The notes beneath the pieces are model-generated. The model ran no database searches. It saw only the letters and a program-made list of their open reading frames with translations, and was not told where the DNA came from. Below, in pieces: positions 19,916 to 30,246 of a stretch of 64,000 nt of DNA. This DNA comes from an uncultured cyanobacterium. Lineage in GTDB: Bacteria; Cyanobacteriota; Cyanobacteriia; Cyanobacteriales; Nostocaceae. The stretch covers positions 320,001-384,000 of the forward strand of contig CAVUDP010000003.1 of the NCBI GenBank assembly GCA_963740315.1, read 5' to 3'. Numbering within the stretch: position 1 is the first letter of the stretch; each line of letters starts with the position of its first letter. The translations under genes and the position numbers were made by a program.

Positions 19916-22102
19916 ATGGAATCTCAAGAATCTAGCTTATCGCTCGATAAGTATTGGCAAGTCTTAAAACGTCGCTGGGTACCCGGTTTAGCTGTGTTTT
20001 TCCCAGTTTTTCTGCTTTCGTTATTGTCATCCTCTTTAAAAAAGCCTACTTATGTTGCGGAAGGAAAATTACTGTTTCAAAGAACAAACGCCACTTCTTC
20101 CCTGACAGAATTCGGAACCAATATTGGTAAATTAGAGTCTGTAGCTCAGGATAATACATCGAGTCCCCTACAGACAGAAGCTGAAATTATACGTTCGGTT
20201 CCAGTGGTACAGAAGACGATCGAACAGCTAAACCTTCAAGATAGCGATGGAACTCTTCTAGAATACAATGACTTTCTAGAAAATTTAACCGTAAGCGACA
20301 TCAAAAAGACAGATGTTTTAACAGTTAGCTATAAAGATTCCGAGCCGATTCAAGCTGCAAAAGTTGTGAATACTTTGATGGCAGCTTACTTAGAACATAA
20401 CGTATCTGCTCGTAGAAAAGCCGCCACAGCAGCTAGAGAATTTATAGAAAGACAGCTTCCTAAAGCAGAAGCAGTTGTAAGTAAAGCAGAAGCAGAATTA
20501 GCAAATTTCAAAGAAAAGAATAAAGTCTATGCTTTGCAAGAAGAAGCAAGCAAATCGATAGAAATATTAACAAACTTACAAAGTCAATCGGGTGATATCA
20601 AAGCTAAATTAGCCGATATTAGCGCTCGAAGTCAAAAAATCCGCCAACAGTTGGATGCAAACCCCCAACAAGCCCTTAATATAACTTCTTTAAATCAGAA
20701 TGCTGGGGTACAGGATATTCTTAAGGAAGTGCAGCTCTTAGAGGCACAGTTAACGTCAAGACGTACAGTTCTCACAAATACCCATCCAGAAATAATTGGT
20801 TTAGAAAGCAAATATAATGCTTTAAAAAGATTGCTGCAAGATAGAATTCGTCAAACAGTGGGTACCAACGGACAAGAATTAAATGGACAATTACAAGTAG
20901 GAGAATTCAAACAACAGCTTGCAGCTGAATTAGTCAATTTAGAATCAACTTCTTTAGGTTTAGCCAATCAACTTTCAGTAGTCTCAAAATTACAAACAGC
21001 TTACAAGGAAAGACTGGAAAAGCTGCCAAAACTAGAGCTACAACAGCGGGAGTTAGATCGCAAAGTAGAAGCCGCACAATCAACTTATTCGCTGTTATTG
21101 AAAAAGTTACAAGAAACTACCATTGCAGAAAACCAGAATATTGGTAATGCTAGCGAGGTTTCTGAAGCTTTAGTTCCTCAAGAACCTGTTTCTTCCCCAT
21201 TAATAAACTATCTATCAGCTAGCTTATTGGGAATGTTGGTTTCCTTAGCAACTATGTATCTTTTAGAATCGCAAGATAAATCTATTAAGACTATAGAAGA
21301 AGCTAAAGAATTAACAGGATTAACTTTATTAGGAGTCATTCCCGACTTTAGCAAGCCCAAGAAATCCTTTATAGGCAAACAGGATAGCGAGGCTGCATAT
21401 CCTACCTTAATGGTGCGTGATGCTCCTCGTTCCCCGATCAGCGAAGCTTTCAGGATGCTGCGAGCGAACTTAAAATTTATGAGTGCGGACAAAGAATTAA
21501 AAGTTATAGTTGTTACCAGTTCCGTACCTCAAGAAGGTAAATCCACGGTAGCCGCCAACTTAGCGACTTCGATGGCGCAAATGGAGCGCAGAGTATTATT
21601 AATAGATGGAGACTTGCACCGTCCATCTCAACATCATATCTGGGAACTACCCAACACAGATGGTTTGAGCAACGTAATTGTGGGACAGGTTGAAGTGATG
21701 AAAGCCATCAAGAAAGGAATGGATAACTTAGACGTAATGACTTGCGGTGCAGTACCTCCTTCCCCCGCATCTTTATTAGACTCCAAACGCATGGCTTCAT
21801 TAATTGAGAGTTTTAGGTCGTATTACGACTACGTAATTATTGACGCACCCTCATTAAACCTTGCCGCAGACGCTGCAACTTTAGGTCAAATGGCTGACGG
21901 CGTGTTATTAGTAGTACGTCCGGGAGTAGTAGATTCTGTCAACGCCGCCTTTGCTTGCGAGATGTTAGAAAAATCCGGTCAAAACGTTTTAGGGCAAGTA
22001 GTTAATGGAGTCGTGCCCAAGAACGAACGTCATATTAATTACTACTTTGATGCGGAATACCCTGAAGAAAACGTGACTACAGTTGAAGCGGTGAAGGTAT
22101 AA
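19916..22102 (+). CDS. wzc: Polysaccharide co-polymerase / BY-kinase (Wzc/GumC family)
   Basis: Two TM segments flanking a coiled coil; Walker A PQEGKST, IDGDLHRP, IIDAP; Tyr-containing tail. Confidence 0.92.
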   Translation: MESQESSLSLDKYWQVLKRRWVPGLAVFFPVFLLSLLSSSLKKPTYVAEGKLLFQRTNATSSLTEFGTNIGKLESVAQDNTSSPLQTEAEIIRSVPVVQKTIEQLNLQDSDGTLLEYNDFLENLTVSDIKKTDVLTVSYKDSEPIQAAKVVNTLMAAYLEHNVSARRKAATAAREFIERQLPKAEAVVSKAEAELANFKEKNKVYALQEEASKSIEILTNLQSQSGDIKAKLADISARSQKIRQQLDANPQQALNITSLNQNAGVQDILKEVQLLEAQLTSRRTVLTNTHPEIIGLESKYNALKRLLQDRIRQTVGTNGQELNGQLQVGEFKQQLAAELVNLESTSLGLANQLSVVSKLQTAYKERLEKLPKLELQQRELDRKVEAAQSTYSLLLKKLQETTIAENQNIGNASEVSEALVPQEPVSSPLINYLSASLLGMLVSLATMYLLESQDKSIKTIEEAKELTGLTLLGVIPDFSKPKKSFIGKQDSEAAYPTLMVRDAPRSPISEAFRMLRANLKFMSADKELKVIVVTSSVPQEGKSTVAANLATSMAQMERRVLLIDGDLHRPSQHHIWELPNTDGLSNVIVGQVEVMKAIKKGMDNLDVMTCGAVPPSPASLLDSKRMASLIESFRSYYDYVIIDAPSLNLAADAATLGQMADGVLLVVRPGVVDSVNAAFACEMLEKSGQNVLGQVVNGVVPKNERHINYYFDAEYPEENVTTVEAVKV

Positions 22103-22120
22103 GAATTGAGCATAGGGGAA

Positions 22121-22333
22121 TTGAAAAAGATAATTGTAGGTTGGGTTAAAGACGCGCCGTAACCCAACATCACAGTTTTGGTTCGATCGGATTAATCAAC
22201 ATATACGATCGATTTGTGTTGTTATAGATTACTTTGAAAAAGATAATTGTAGGTTGGGTTAAAGGCGCAGGAGTAATATTGATAGTCGATTTATAGTAGA
22301 GACGCGCCGTAACCCAACATCAAGGTTTTGGTT
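22121..22333. repeat. Two tandem GTAG-type REP-like palindromes
   Basis: 31-bp exact direct repeat at 22121-22151 and 22234-22264; both copies close with GACGCGCCGTAACCCAACATCA. Confidence 0.8.
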
Positions 22334-22690
22334 GAAATTCCTAACTTACCCTCCTATTACCTTGTATTTTTACCTCCGAATAACTCCTAAAGCTCGGAAA
22401 ATTTTTAATAGAAATTAAAAGCGGTTAAAAAACTGTATTTTGCTATACCAAAAAAAATATTTTCTATGATCCCCAGGATAGATGACCTTATAAACCAATA
22501 ACCTGTAATTTGTAAATGTAGTTGCTTGATAGTTAATTGTTGACGCGATCGGATAATTTGGATAATACTTCCAAAGATTAACCGGGTGGTTAATTAAATC
22601 TGATACGGCAGAGTAATTTTTCTCTAGCCAATGAAAATCTAAGTCCTAATTTAATCGGGACTTTTTCAATTCCAGAAACATATATAACTT

Positions 22691-23758
22691 ATGAGAATCG
22701 CTCAAGTAGCCCCTTTAAGGGAAAGAGTTCCCCCTCCTTCTTATGGAGGAATAGAGTTAGTAGTTAGTCATTTAACCGATGAATTAGTTCGTCGGGGGCA
22801 TGAAGTGACATTGTTTGCTTCTGGTGATTCAATTACACTTGCTAAGTTGGAAGCTGTTTGCGATCGCGCTTTACGTTTAAACCCAAACGTTTCAAACTAT
22901 GATGCTTACGAACTGCTCGAAATCAGCCAAGTTTACCAGCGAGCGGCGGAATTCGATTTAATTCATTCCCATTTAGGAGTTTTACCTTTGGCAACAGCCC
23001 GATTGGTAACAACACCGACAGTCCATACTTTGCACAATAGCTTTACTCAAGATACTGCCAAGATATACACCCACCATTACAAACAACCATACATCAGTAT
23101 CAGCGATGCCCAGCGTAAGATAGACCTGAACTACGTTGGAACTGTTTATAACGGCATTGATGAAAACAATTATCCATTCATTGCCGAACCTTCCAATCCA
23201 CCCTATCTGGCATTTTTAGGCAGGTTTTCCCCAGAGAAAGGACCCCATCATGCGATCGCGATCGCCAAACAAACGGGTTGGTGTTTGAAAATGGCAGGAA
23301 AGATTGATGAAGTCGATAAGAAATTTTTTGAGGGGGAAATTGCTCCTCATATTGACGGTAAGCAAATTCAATTTTTAGGGGAAGTCAGTCACAATGAAAA
23401 AGCCGAACTTCTGGGGAATGCTGCTATCACTCTCTTCCCGATTACTTGGCAAGAACCTTTTGGCTTAGTCATGATTGAATCAATGGCTACAGGTACTCCG
23501 GTGATTGCAATTAATCTGGGTTCGGTACCCGAAGTTGTCAACCAAGGTGTAACTGGTTTTGTCGCTCAAACCTATGAAGAAATGGCGGCAATGATTCCTA
23601 AAGCCTTAGAACTGAGCCGTCATAGTTGTCGCAAGGATGTAGAAGATAAATTTACCGTCAGCAAAATGGTAGATGGATACGAAGCGGTTTATAGAAAACT
23701 GCTTGAAAATCACCTTCAAAAAAACGGTTTCATTCACTCTACAAAAATCAGATACTAA
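22691..23758 (+). CDS. Glycosyltransferase family 4 (AviGT4-like)
   Basis: MRIAQVAP..VPP..YGGIE, GRFSPEKG and EPFGLVMIES. Confidence 0.93.
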   Translation: MRIAQVAPLRERVPPPSYGGIELVVSHLTDELVRRGHEVTLFASGDSITLAKLEAVCDRALRLNPNVSNYDAYELLEISQVYQRAAEFDLIHSHLGVLPLATARLVTTPTVHTLHNSFTQDTAKIYTHHYKQPYISISDAQRKIDLNYVGTVYNGIDENNYPFIAEPSNPPYLAFLGRFSPEKGPHHAIAIAKQTGWCLKMAGKIDEVDKKFFEGEIAPHIDGKQIQFLGEVSHNEKAELLGNAAITLFPITWQEPFGLVMIESMATGTPVIAINLGSVPEVVNQGVTGFVAQTYEEMAAMIPKALELSRHSCRKDVEDKFTVSKMVDGYEAVYRKLLENHLQKNGFIHSTKIRY

Positions 23759-23819
23759 TCCATTAATAAGAGTGTTTCTTAATCAACAATTTCAACTTCT
23801 TTAAAGGAGGACAAGATTC

Positions 23820-24002
23820 GTGAGCATTGGAACTAACAACTGTCCTTGTTGCGGTGGATCTCTGCTGCGCCACGTCCGTCATAGTGAACTATACTGGTTC
23901 TGCCAAAATTGCTGGCAAGAAGTTCCAGTGTTGAGTGCAAACCGCGTTCATTCCGAAGCTAGAACTAAGTCTACTGTTTCTTCTCAAGTCGTCAAATCTT
24001 AG
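23820..24002 (+). CDS. Small zinc-ribbon-like protein
   Basis: CPCCGG...WFCQNC; AAGGAGG upstream of the GTG start. Confidence 0.75.
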   Translation: MSIGTNNCPCCGGSLLRHVRHSELYWFCQNCWQEVPVLSANRVHSEARTKSTVSSQVVKS

Positions 24003-24043
24003 GCTCTAGTTAATCGAGACTGATTTGTTATTAATAAGTTCCC

Positions 24044-24079
24044 GACTCCACCTGATTTTATTGGGTGGAGTTAGTTTTT
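24044..24079 (+). terminator. Probable intrinsic terminator
   Basis: GACTCCACCTGA/TTGGGTGGAGTT stem followed by a T-rich tail. Confidence 0.6.
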
Positions 24080-24152
24080 GGCAGAGCGTTAATTAAATCA
24101 AAAAAAGGGGAATTCTATATGTAGAAACTTTCAAAACTGAAAAAACAGACAA

Positions 24153-24746
24153 ATGCGAAAAAAATCCCTATTGCAAGTTTTAATTTTACCTTTAGCATTT
24201 TTGATATTCGATCGCGGTACGGCTACTGCTTTACCGGGGCAACCAGCGGAAGACGTGGAAACTTGGATTAAAGCACATCCTACATTAACTCCTCGAAGTG
24301 GCGAACGTTTTTTAGTAACGAAAACCGATACCGCAGCTCAAAGATTTAGTTTCCAGGCAATGGTATCACCACCTGGTAGATTAACCTTTACCAACAACCG
24401 CAGCCATATCCGTACCGAACGCATCTCCATGTATGATGCAATTAATGGTATGAGTTTGGATAGATTAAAAGAGTCTTTGCGGATAATTTACGGCTTGGAT
24501 ATTTATCAAGATTATAAAGGCGCTCAAGTCATTTACGAATATCCCAACCAAAGCGCAATTAATGCAGCACGTTTTGCTAAAACTCCCGTTCGAGAAGGTT
24601 TGACAGGAGAATTACGTGTTGGCGATCGCTATGCTTATTGGGTAGAAGTGGCTCAAGGTAAAAACGGTAAAGCTTTTACTGGTCAAATGACAGTTTTTCT
24701 TAAATCCGATCTCGATAAGCTAGAAGAAGAATTGCGAAATCGTTAA
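24153..24746 (+). CDS. Hypothetical exported protein
   Basis: Signal-peptide-like N-terminus (ATA-LPGQ); 197-aa open frame. Confidence 0.75.
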   Translation: MRKKSLLQVLILPLAFLIFDRGTATALPGQPAEDVETWIKAHPTLTPRSGERFLVTKTDTAAQRFSFQAMVSPPGRLTFTNNRSHIRTERISMYDAINGMSLDRLKESLRIIYGLDIYQDYKGAQVIYEYPNQSAINAARFAKTPVREGLTGELRVGDRYAYWVEVAQGKNGKAFTGQMTVFLKSDLDKLEEELRNR

Positions 24747-24752
24747 TTAATT

Positions 24753-24817
24753 CTTAGTTGTTAGTTGTTAGTTGTTAGTTGTTAGTTGTTAGTTGTTAGT
24801 TGTTAGTTTTTAGTTTT
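24753..24817. repeat. STRR heptamer array TTAGTTG
   Basis: About 8 tandem copies. Confidence 0.9.
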
Positions 24818-24868
24818 TATTTACTAAGCTAATGTGCAGCTAGATTGTATAAGACTAAAACATCAAAT

Positions 24869-25038
24869 TGTAGTGCGGGCATCTTGCCCGCTAGTAAAAT
24901 ACAAACTAAATGTATGCCCGCTAGTAAAATACAAACTAAATGTATGCCCGCTAGTAAAATACAAACTAAATGTATGCCCGCTAGTAAAATACAAACTAAA
25001 TGTATGCCCGCTAGTAAAATACAAACTAAATGTATGCC
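24869..25038. repeat. REP-like hairpin followed by five exact 30-bp tandem repeats
   Basis: GTAGTGCGGGCATCTTGCCCGCTA, then TGCCCGCTAGTAAAATACAAACTAAATGTA x5 (24885-25034). Confidence 0.93.
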
Positions 25039-25086
25039 AGCTTACTAACAAAATACCACTAACAACTATTTACTACTTATTAACTA

Positions 25087-25437
25087 TTATTGATGAATAT
25101 TATGCCATTCACCAGAAAAAATACTGTCGGTTGCGTTTGCGATTCTGAATAAATCTTCTTTAAACATTGGGGGCCAATTTACACCAGCTTTCAACCCTGC
25201 GGCGTACATTTGTTGGGCTTTTATAGTTAATAAATATAAGGCATAAGCAAGTTCTCTTTCGAGGGTAGTAGCATTTTTGAGAGCTTCAAATACTACCTTT
25301 AATGCCAGTAGAATTGAGGTAATTTGACCGGGTATCGGCGGTTTCCCCTGTCGCATCCGCGTTAATAACGCATCTTCGTTTTCTTCGCTTACTATAGTTT
25401 GGTGTAAAAGGAATTGATAAGCAGTTTCGTAGTTCAT
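25087..25437 (-). CDS. Conserved cyanobacterial hypothetical protein (~116 aa)
   Basis: MNYETAYQFL...GKPPIPGQITSILLALK; start placed at ATG 25437. Confidence 0.75.
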   Translation of the reverse strand: MNYETAYQFLLHQTIVSEENEDALLTRMRQGKPPIPGQITSILLALKVVFEALKNATTLERELAYALYLLTIKAQQMYAAGLKAGVNWPPMFKEDLFRIANATDSIFSGEWHNIHQ

Positions 25438-25607
25438 TACGTCGAGCGTATGGTAGATATTGAGCCGAACCAAACAAACACTATAGCAAAGTTAGAAGTT
25501 AAGGTTACGCAGTACGGTGAATTTACAATAACTCTTATTTTACAAAGCTTTTCAAACCTGCTTAAATCTCGATTTTGCAATTATCAACGTAATAGTAGTA
25601 GTTTGAT

Positions 25608-26339
25608 TTATGCTACTAATCCCGAACGTAATGCTCTCACCGCTGCTTGCGTGCGATCGTCGGCACAAAGTTTGTTAAGAATATTGCGAACGTGGGTTTT
25701 AACGGTACCAACTGTGATATAAAGCTGCTCGGCAATCTCTCCGTTGCTTTTTCCAGCTACAATTAATTCAAGTATTTCTAATTCTCTTTGAGTTAAGGGA
25801 TAAGTTTCTAAAACCTGCTCGTATTGGGATGAAAGCGCTTCAATCTTTACTGTCTTTGATTGTGGGGACGTTGAATTGTCGGAAGTTTCCTGTTTTATCT
25901 GCTTTAAGACAATGTTGGCGATCGCCGGATCTATCCAAGAGTTACCCAAGTGAGTTGCATAAATTGCTTCGGTTAGCTTATCAATGCTTGTATCTTTCAT
26001 ATAGTATGAATCGGCTCCAGCAGCAAAAGCAGCCAGCACGGTATCATCCGTGTGATTCATTGTTAAAACTAAAATTTTTGTAGAAGTATCTCCCCTGTGA
26101 CTTTGAGATTCTTTAAACCTGCGAGTCAGTTCAATACCATCAATATCTGGTAAACCAATATCTACAAGTGCTACATCCGGCTTCATACTTTCTAACATTT
26201 TTAGCCCTCTAGTAGCGTTAGCTGCTTCTCCTACTATTTGCAGTTCGCTATTTGCCTGCAATGCAGCTTTTATCCCCATTCTTGTTAGATCGTGGTCTTC
26301 AATTAAAACAATACTGATTTCACTCATCGCTACGCTCAT
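25608..26339 (-). CDS. NarL/LuxR-family response regulator
   Basis: REC domain (IEDH, VDIGLPD) plus LuxR HTH (LTQRELEIL...GTVKTHVRNIL). Confidence 0.95.
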   Translation of the reverse strand: MSVAMSEISIVLIEDHDLTRMGIKAALQANSELQIVGEAANATRGLKMLESMKPDVALVDIGLPDIDGIELTRRFKESQSHRGDTSTKILVLTMNHTDDTVLAAFAAGADSYYMKDTSIDKLTEAIYATHLGNSWIDPAIANIVLKQIKQETSDNSTSPQSKTVKIEALSSQYEQVLETYPLTQRELEILELIVAGKSNGEIAEQLYITVGTVKTHVRNILNKLCADDRTQAAVRALRSGLVA

Positions 26340-27305
26340 ACTGTTATTTTATATATTTGAGAAACTTTTTAGAGGTTGAAGCTTTGATTTCACTGACATT
26401 CAAAACCTAAGATAGATGTTTTGATTAAAATATACATCCATCGATAGAAGTAACTATAAGAATTTCTTTTACTCTTGCGATATATTCAAAAATATAGCTC
26501 TGATGTATAACAATCTGAAAATTATTATAAAATTATCTTTCAACAAAAATCAATTGCCGATCCGTATTTTTTTTTAAATTAATCATCTAATCAGATAAAA
26601 CTATAGCCTTAAATTATAACATATTCGCCAACTCAAACAAAACTTACACTGCTTTAACCGCTAGTTTTAATCAGTTGTTGAAGGCTGTTAATTAAATTTT
26701 TATACTTTTAAGTTAAGATAACTTGTCAATATTCATATAAGTATAGATGTTTTAAGTAAACTCTTACTAGGGACTGACGACGAATAAAAATATATTTGCA
26801 TAAAATAAGCATATATTCACGGTACCGTATAAAAAAGAACTTATAGATAGTAATTACAAAATCTAAATTAATTTATATTGTCGGTTAAATCAGTTCTTTT
26901 AAAGCAAGTGGCACAAAGTTTTATTATCTTGCGTCACTTAATAGGAATAATTTAAGTTAAATAATATACTTTATAAAAATGAAATAAGTTTTGAGGGATA
27001 ATTTGGTATGCGATAGGTAGTATTTATATAATTAATTAATATTGAACTCACAGAAAATTTTTATTTTTTTAGAAAGTTTGAGTGAAAGACTACAAACTAA
27101 ATTGTTTAATTAAGTTTATGCTATAGATATTTATGGCAATTAGTTCTATAAAATTAAAGCTTGGTGTATAGCAAGCAATTAATGCCTACAATTCTGGCAT
27201 CTTGTTAAGTAAATTAACATCCAAAGTTAAAAATTTTTAATAATTACAAAAAATGGTGTTGATTAAGTAATATCTAATAGTTTAGGTAGCTTAAGCCTAA
27301 AAAAA

Positions 27306-28625
27306 ATGATGGATAAGAAGTTGAAAATTCTAATTATCGAAGATGATGTTGAAGTAGATAGGATGGCAATACGTCGTGCTTTCACAAACGCTGGTGCAAA
27401 CACAGAATTGTTAAAAGTAGTTGAAAGCAAGAACGCAGTTAATGCTTTAAAAGATACTTTTTATGACTGCATTTTCTTAGATAATTGCTTATCCGACATT
27501 GAAAGCTTGAGTTTACTAAAAAAACTACGTAGTTTAAAAATTTCAGTTCCCATAGTTGTTCTTATTCAAGACGATCGAGAAATTCACGAAGAATTTATTC
27601 AAGAGCAAGCTACAGATTATGTCTGTAAATCAACATTATCGCCAGAAATTATAAATTTAGTCACACGTAACGCGATCAAAATTTACCAAACTCAAGCACA
27701 ATTAAACGTAGCTAATCAACAGTTAAAAGAGAATAAGAAATTACTCCTGTCTAAAAACCAAACAATTGAGCAACAGCAACAACAAATAGATTCACAAAAT
27801 ATTAAGTTGATTGAAGTATTACGGTTAAAGTCGCAATTTTTAGCAACCATATCTCACGAATTGCGGACTCCGATGAATGCGATTATTGGGTTTTCCCAGT
27901 TATTATTGCGCCCAAAGTGCGGTATAATTTCAAGCCAGCAAAAAGATATGGTAGAACGTATCCTTAATAATGGTAAGAATTTATTGATGTTGGTAAATGA
28001 AGTTTTGGATTTTTCTAAGTTACAAGCGGGAAATTTAGATTTAAAACCAGGGATATTCGATTTAACCCAACTGGTAAATGTTACTGTTGCGGAAATACGT
28101 TCTTTAGCAGAAGCGAAAAAGCTGACTGTAAAGGTTGATATTGAGTTACAGAATCCTACCTTATATAATGACTCGCTGCGCGTGCGACAAATTTTAAATA
28201 AGCTACTTTCAAACGCGGTTAAGTTTACGCGGAATGGAAGTATTCAGCTAAAAATTAAAGAATTAACTCACAATCGTATAGAATTAGCAGTTGAAGATAC
28301 GGGAATTGGTATTGCTGCCGATAATATACAGGATATTTTTGAACCTTTTAGGCAACTCGATCAAGGTACCAATCGTAAGTTTGGGGGTACGGGTTTAGGT
28401 TTACCTATAGTTCAGGCGCTGGTAAATAAAATGGGTGGTAAGATTACTGTTGAAAGCGAATTAGGAAAAGGTTCGCTATTTCGTATAGAATTACCACGGC
28501 AAGTTTTATCTGTTCTAGATACAGATGATGCCGAAACTAATTATGCTCCGTCTAAAAAACTTGTAAATAATAAGAAGCAAGGAGATTATAGACGAGAACT
28601 GCATTCTAAAAAGCAGGGCTTATAG
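27306..28625 (+). CDS. Hybrid histidine kinase (REC-HisKA-HATPase)
   Basis: N-terminal REC, SHELRTPM H-box, NAVKFT, DTGIGI, GGTGLGL. Confidence 0.92.
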   Translation: MMDKKLKILIIEDDVEVDRMAIRRAFTNAGANTELLKVVESKNAVNALKDTFYDCIFLDNCLSDIESLSLLKKLRSLKISVPIVVLIQDDREIHEEFIQEQATDYVCKSTLSPEIINLVTRNAIKIYQTQAQLNVANQQLKENKKLLLSKNQTIEQQQQQIDSQNIKLIEVLRLKSQFLATISHELRTPMNAIIGFSQLLLRPKCGIISSQQKDMVERILNNGKNLLMLVNEVLDFSKLQAGNLDLKPGIFDLTQLVNVTVAEIRSLAEAKKLTVKVDIELQNPTLYNDSLRVRQILNKLLSNAVKFTRNGSIQLKIKELTHNRIELAVEDTGIGIAADNIQDIFEPFRQLDQGTNRKFGGTGLGLPIVQALVNKMGGKITVESELGKGSLFRIELPRQVLSVLDTDDAETNYAPSKKLVNNKKQGDYRRELHSKKQGL

Positions 28626-28667
28626 ATAGTTTTTCCGTTAATCCCGTTAATTTTTGTCAAAATTATT

Positions 28668-29780
28668 ATGTCACCTCAAGATTCACAGATAAAAGACCGT
28701 ATATTAGCGGTTGATGATATGCCTGACAATCTTTTTTTAGTGCAGGCGCTTTTAGAAAGTGAGGGGTATGAAATTAAGTTAGTGACAGATGGTGAAACAG
28801 CATTAGCAGAAGTTGAGCAACTACCACCGAGTTTGATACTCTTGGATGTTATGATGCCGGAAATGGATGGATTTGAAGTTACCCGGCGCATCCGTAGTAA
28901 TCCAAATTATGATTACATTCCCATATTATTAGTTACAGCCTTTGATGATGCTAGCGTTGTTGAAGGTTTAGATGCAGGTGCAAATGATTTTATCCGCAAA
29001 CCTTTTGATACCGATGAATTGCTTGCCAGAGTACGCAGTCTTTTGCGTCTCAAGCACAGCATCGACGCACAGAAAAAAATGGAGCGTCAGCGCGAAGATT
29101 TTGTTTCACGTTTAACTCACGATTTACGAACTCCTTTGGTAGCTGGGGATAGAATGTTAAACCTTTTTTTACAAGAAACATTCTGCAAAATCTCCCCAGA
29201 GATGAAAAAGGCGATCGCCGCAATGGTTCGTAGTAATAATAACTTATTGGAAATGGTAAATACTCTGTTAGAAGTGTCGCGCTTTGAAGCAGGTAAAAAA
29301 ACCATGAATTTTGAAAGCTGCAATATGCGGAATATAGTTGAGGAAGTAATTCAAGAATTAACTCCTTTAATACAAGAAAGAGATTTAAGCCTTGAATTTG
29401 AGCATAATTCCCAACAAGGCGAAGATGTTTTTACAGTTAATGGCGATCGATTAGAATTACGACGGGTTGTCAGTAACTTGATTGGAAATGCGATTAAGTT
29501 CACCGATGAAGGTGGGATAAAAGTACGTTTATCAGAATTAACATCGGATACAGGTCAAGACTGGGTAAAATTAGAAGTTGAAGATACCGGGTATGGCATC
29601 GCAAAAGAAGATAAAAACAGTATATTTGAACGCTTTCGTCAAGGTAAAAATAAACGTTCTGGTAGCGGTTTAGGACTTCATCTATCCGATCGGATTCTAG
29701 AAACACATGATGGAAAAATCGAGTTTTCTTCCGAACTTGGTAAAGGTAGTTTGTTTACAGTTTTGCTACCCAATCGATGA
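28668..29780 (+). CDS. Hybrid histidine kinase (REC-HisKA-HATPase)
   Basis: VDD, LLDVMMP, THDLRTPL, NAIKFT, GSGLGL. Confidence 0.93.
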   Translation: MSPQDSQIKDRILAVDDMPDNLFLVQALLESEGYEIKLVTDGETALAEVEQLPPSLILLDVMMPEMDGFEVTRRIRSNPNYDYIPILLVTAFDDASVVEGLDAGANDFIRKPFDTDELLARVRSLLRLKHSIDAQKKMERQREDFVSRLTHDLRTPLVAGDRMLNLFLQETFCKISPEMKKAIAAMVRSNNNLLEMVNTLLEVSRFEAGKKTMNFESCNMRNIVEEVIQELTPLIQERDLSLEFEHNSQQGEDVFTVNGDRLELRRVVSNLIGNAIKFTDEGGIKVRLSELTSDTGQDWVKLEVEDTGYGIAKEDKNSIFERFRQGKNKRSGSGLGLHLSDRILETHDGKIEFSSELGKGSLFTVLLPNR

Positions 29781-29814
29781 AATAGTTGTAAAAAAAAATC
29801 AAATCAAAAAATAT

Positions 29815-30246
29815 TTATTTACCTAAAGCGTAACTAGAACAATTTACTTTTTGATCGATATGAATACTTACCATTTTTTCTAATTCTTCAATCAAATAAG
29901 GTTTGATCAAATAATTGTTAAATCCTGCCCTGATAATATCTCCGCGATTTTCCTTGGTAGCCAAAGCTGTTAGTGCGATTGCTGGAATATCGCGAGTTAA
30001 AGGTTCTTCTCTTAAAGAACGCAAAATGTTAATACCATTAACTTTGGGCAAAATAATATCAAGCAGTATTAAATCTGGATGATGTTCTTTCGCTAAAACT
30101 ACTGCTGATTCTCCATCTGTCTGAGTAATAAGTCTACAACCGAGCGATTCAAGTATGTAGCTTATTAACAGTAAATTATCCTCGTTATCTTCTACTACTA
30201 AAACTAAAGGCGGCTGAGAGTTTTGGTTTTTATCCATTAGAAACAT
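29815..30246 (-). CDS. Single-domain response regulator (DivK/CheY-like)
   Basis: VVEDN, LLDIILP, ALTA, IKPY. Confidence 0.92.
   Translation of the reverse strand: MFLMDKNQNSQPPLVLVVEDNEDNLLLISYILESLGCRLITQTDGESAVVLAKEHHPDLILLDIILPKVNGINILRSLREEPLTRDIPAIALTALATKENRGDIIRAGFNNYLIKPYLIEELEKMVSIHIDQKVNCSSYALGK

Noticed and set aside
24885..25034. CRISPR array
   Set aside because: Units are contiguous and identical with no unique spacers; no cas genes in the window
24834..25148. Repeat-protein ORFs (CPLVKYKLNV)n and the other frames
   Set aside because: Open frames arise from the 30-bp DNA repeat; no RBS or protein features
25087..25437. Label as dethiobiotin synthetase (bioD), a name I recall for similar proteins
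   Set aside because: Too short and lacks a P-loop; left as hypothetical
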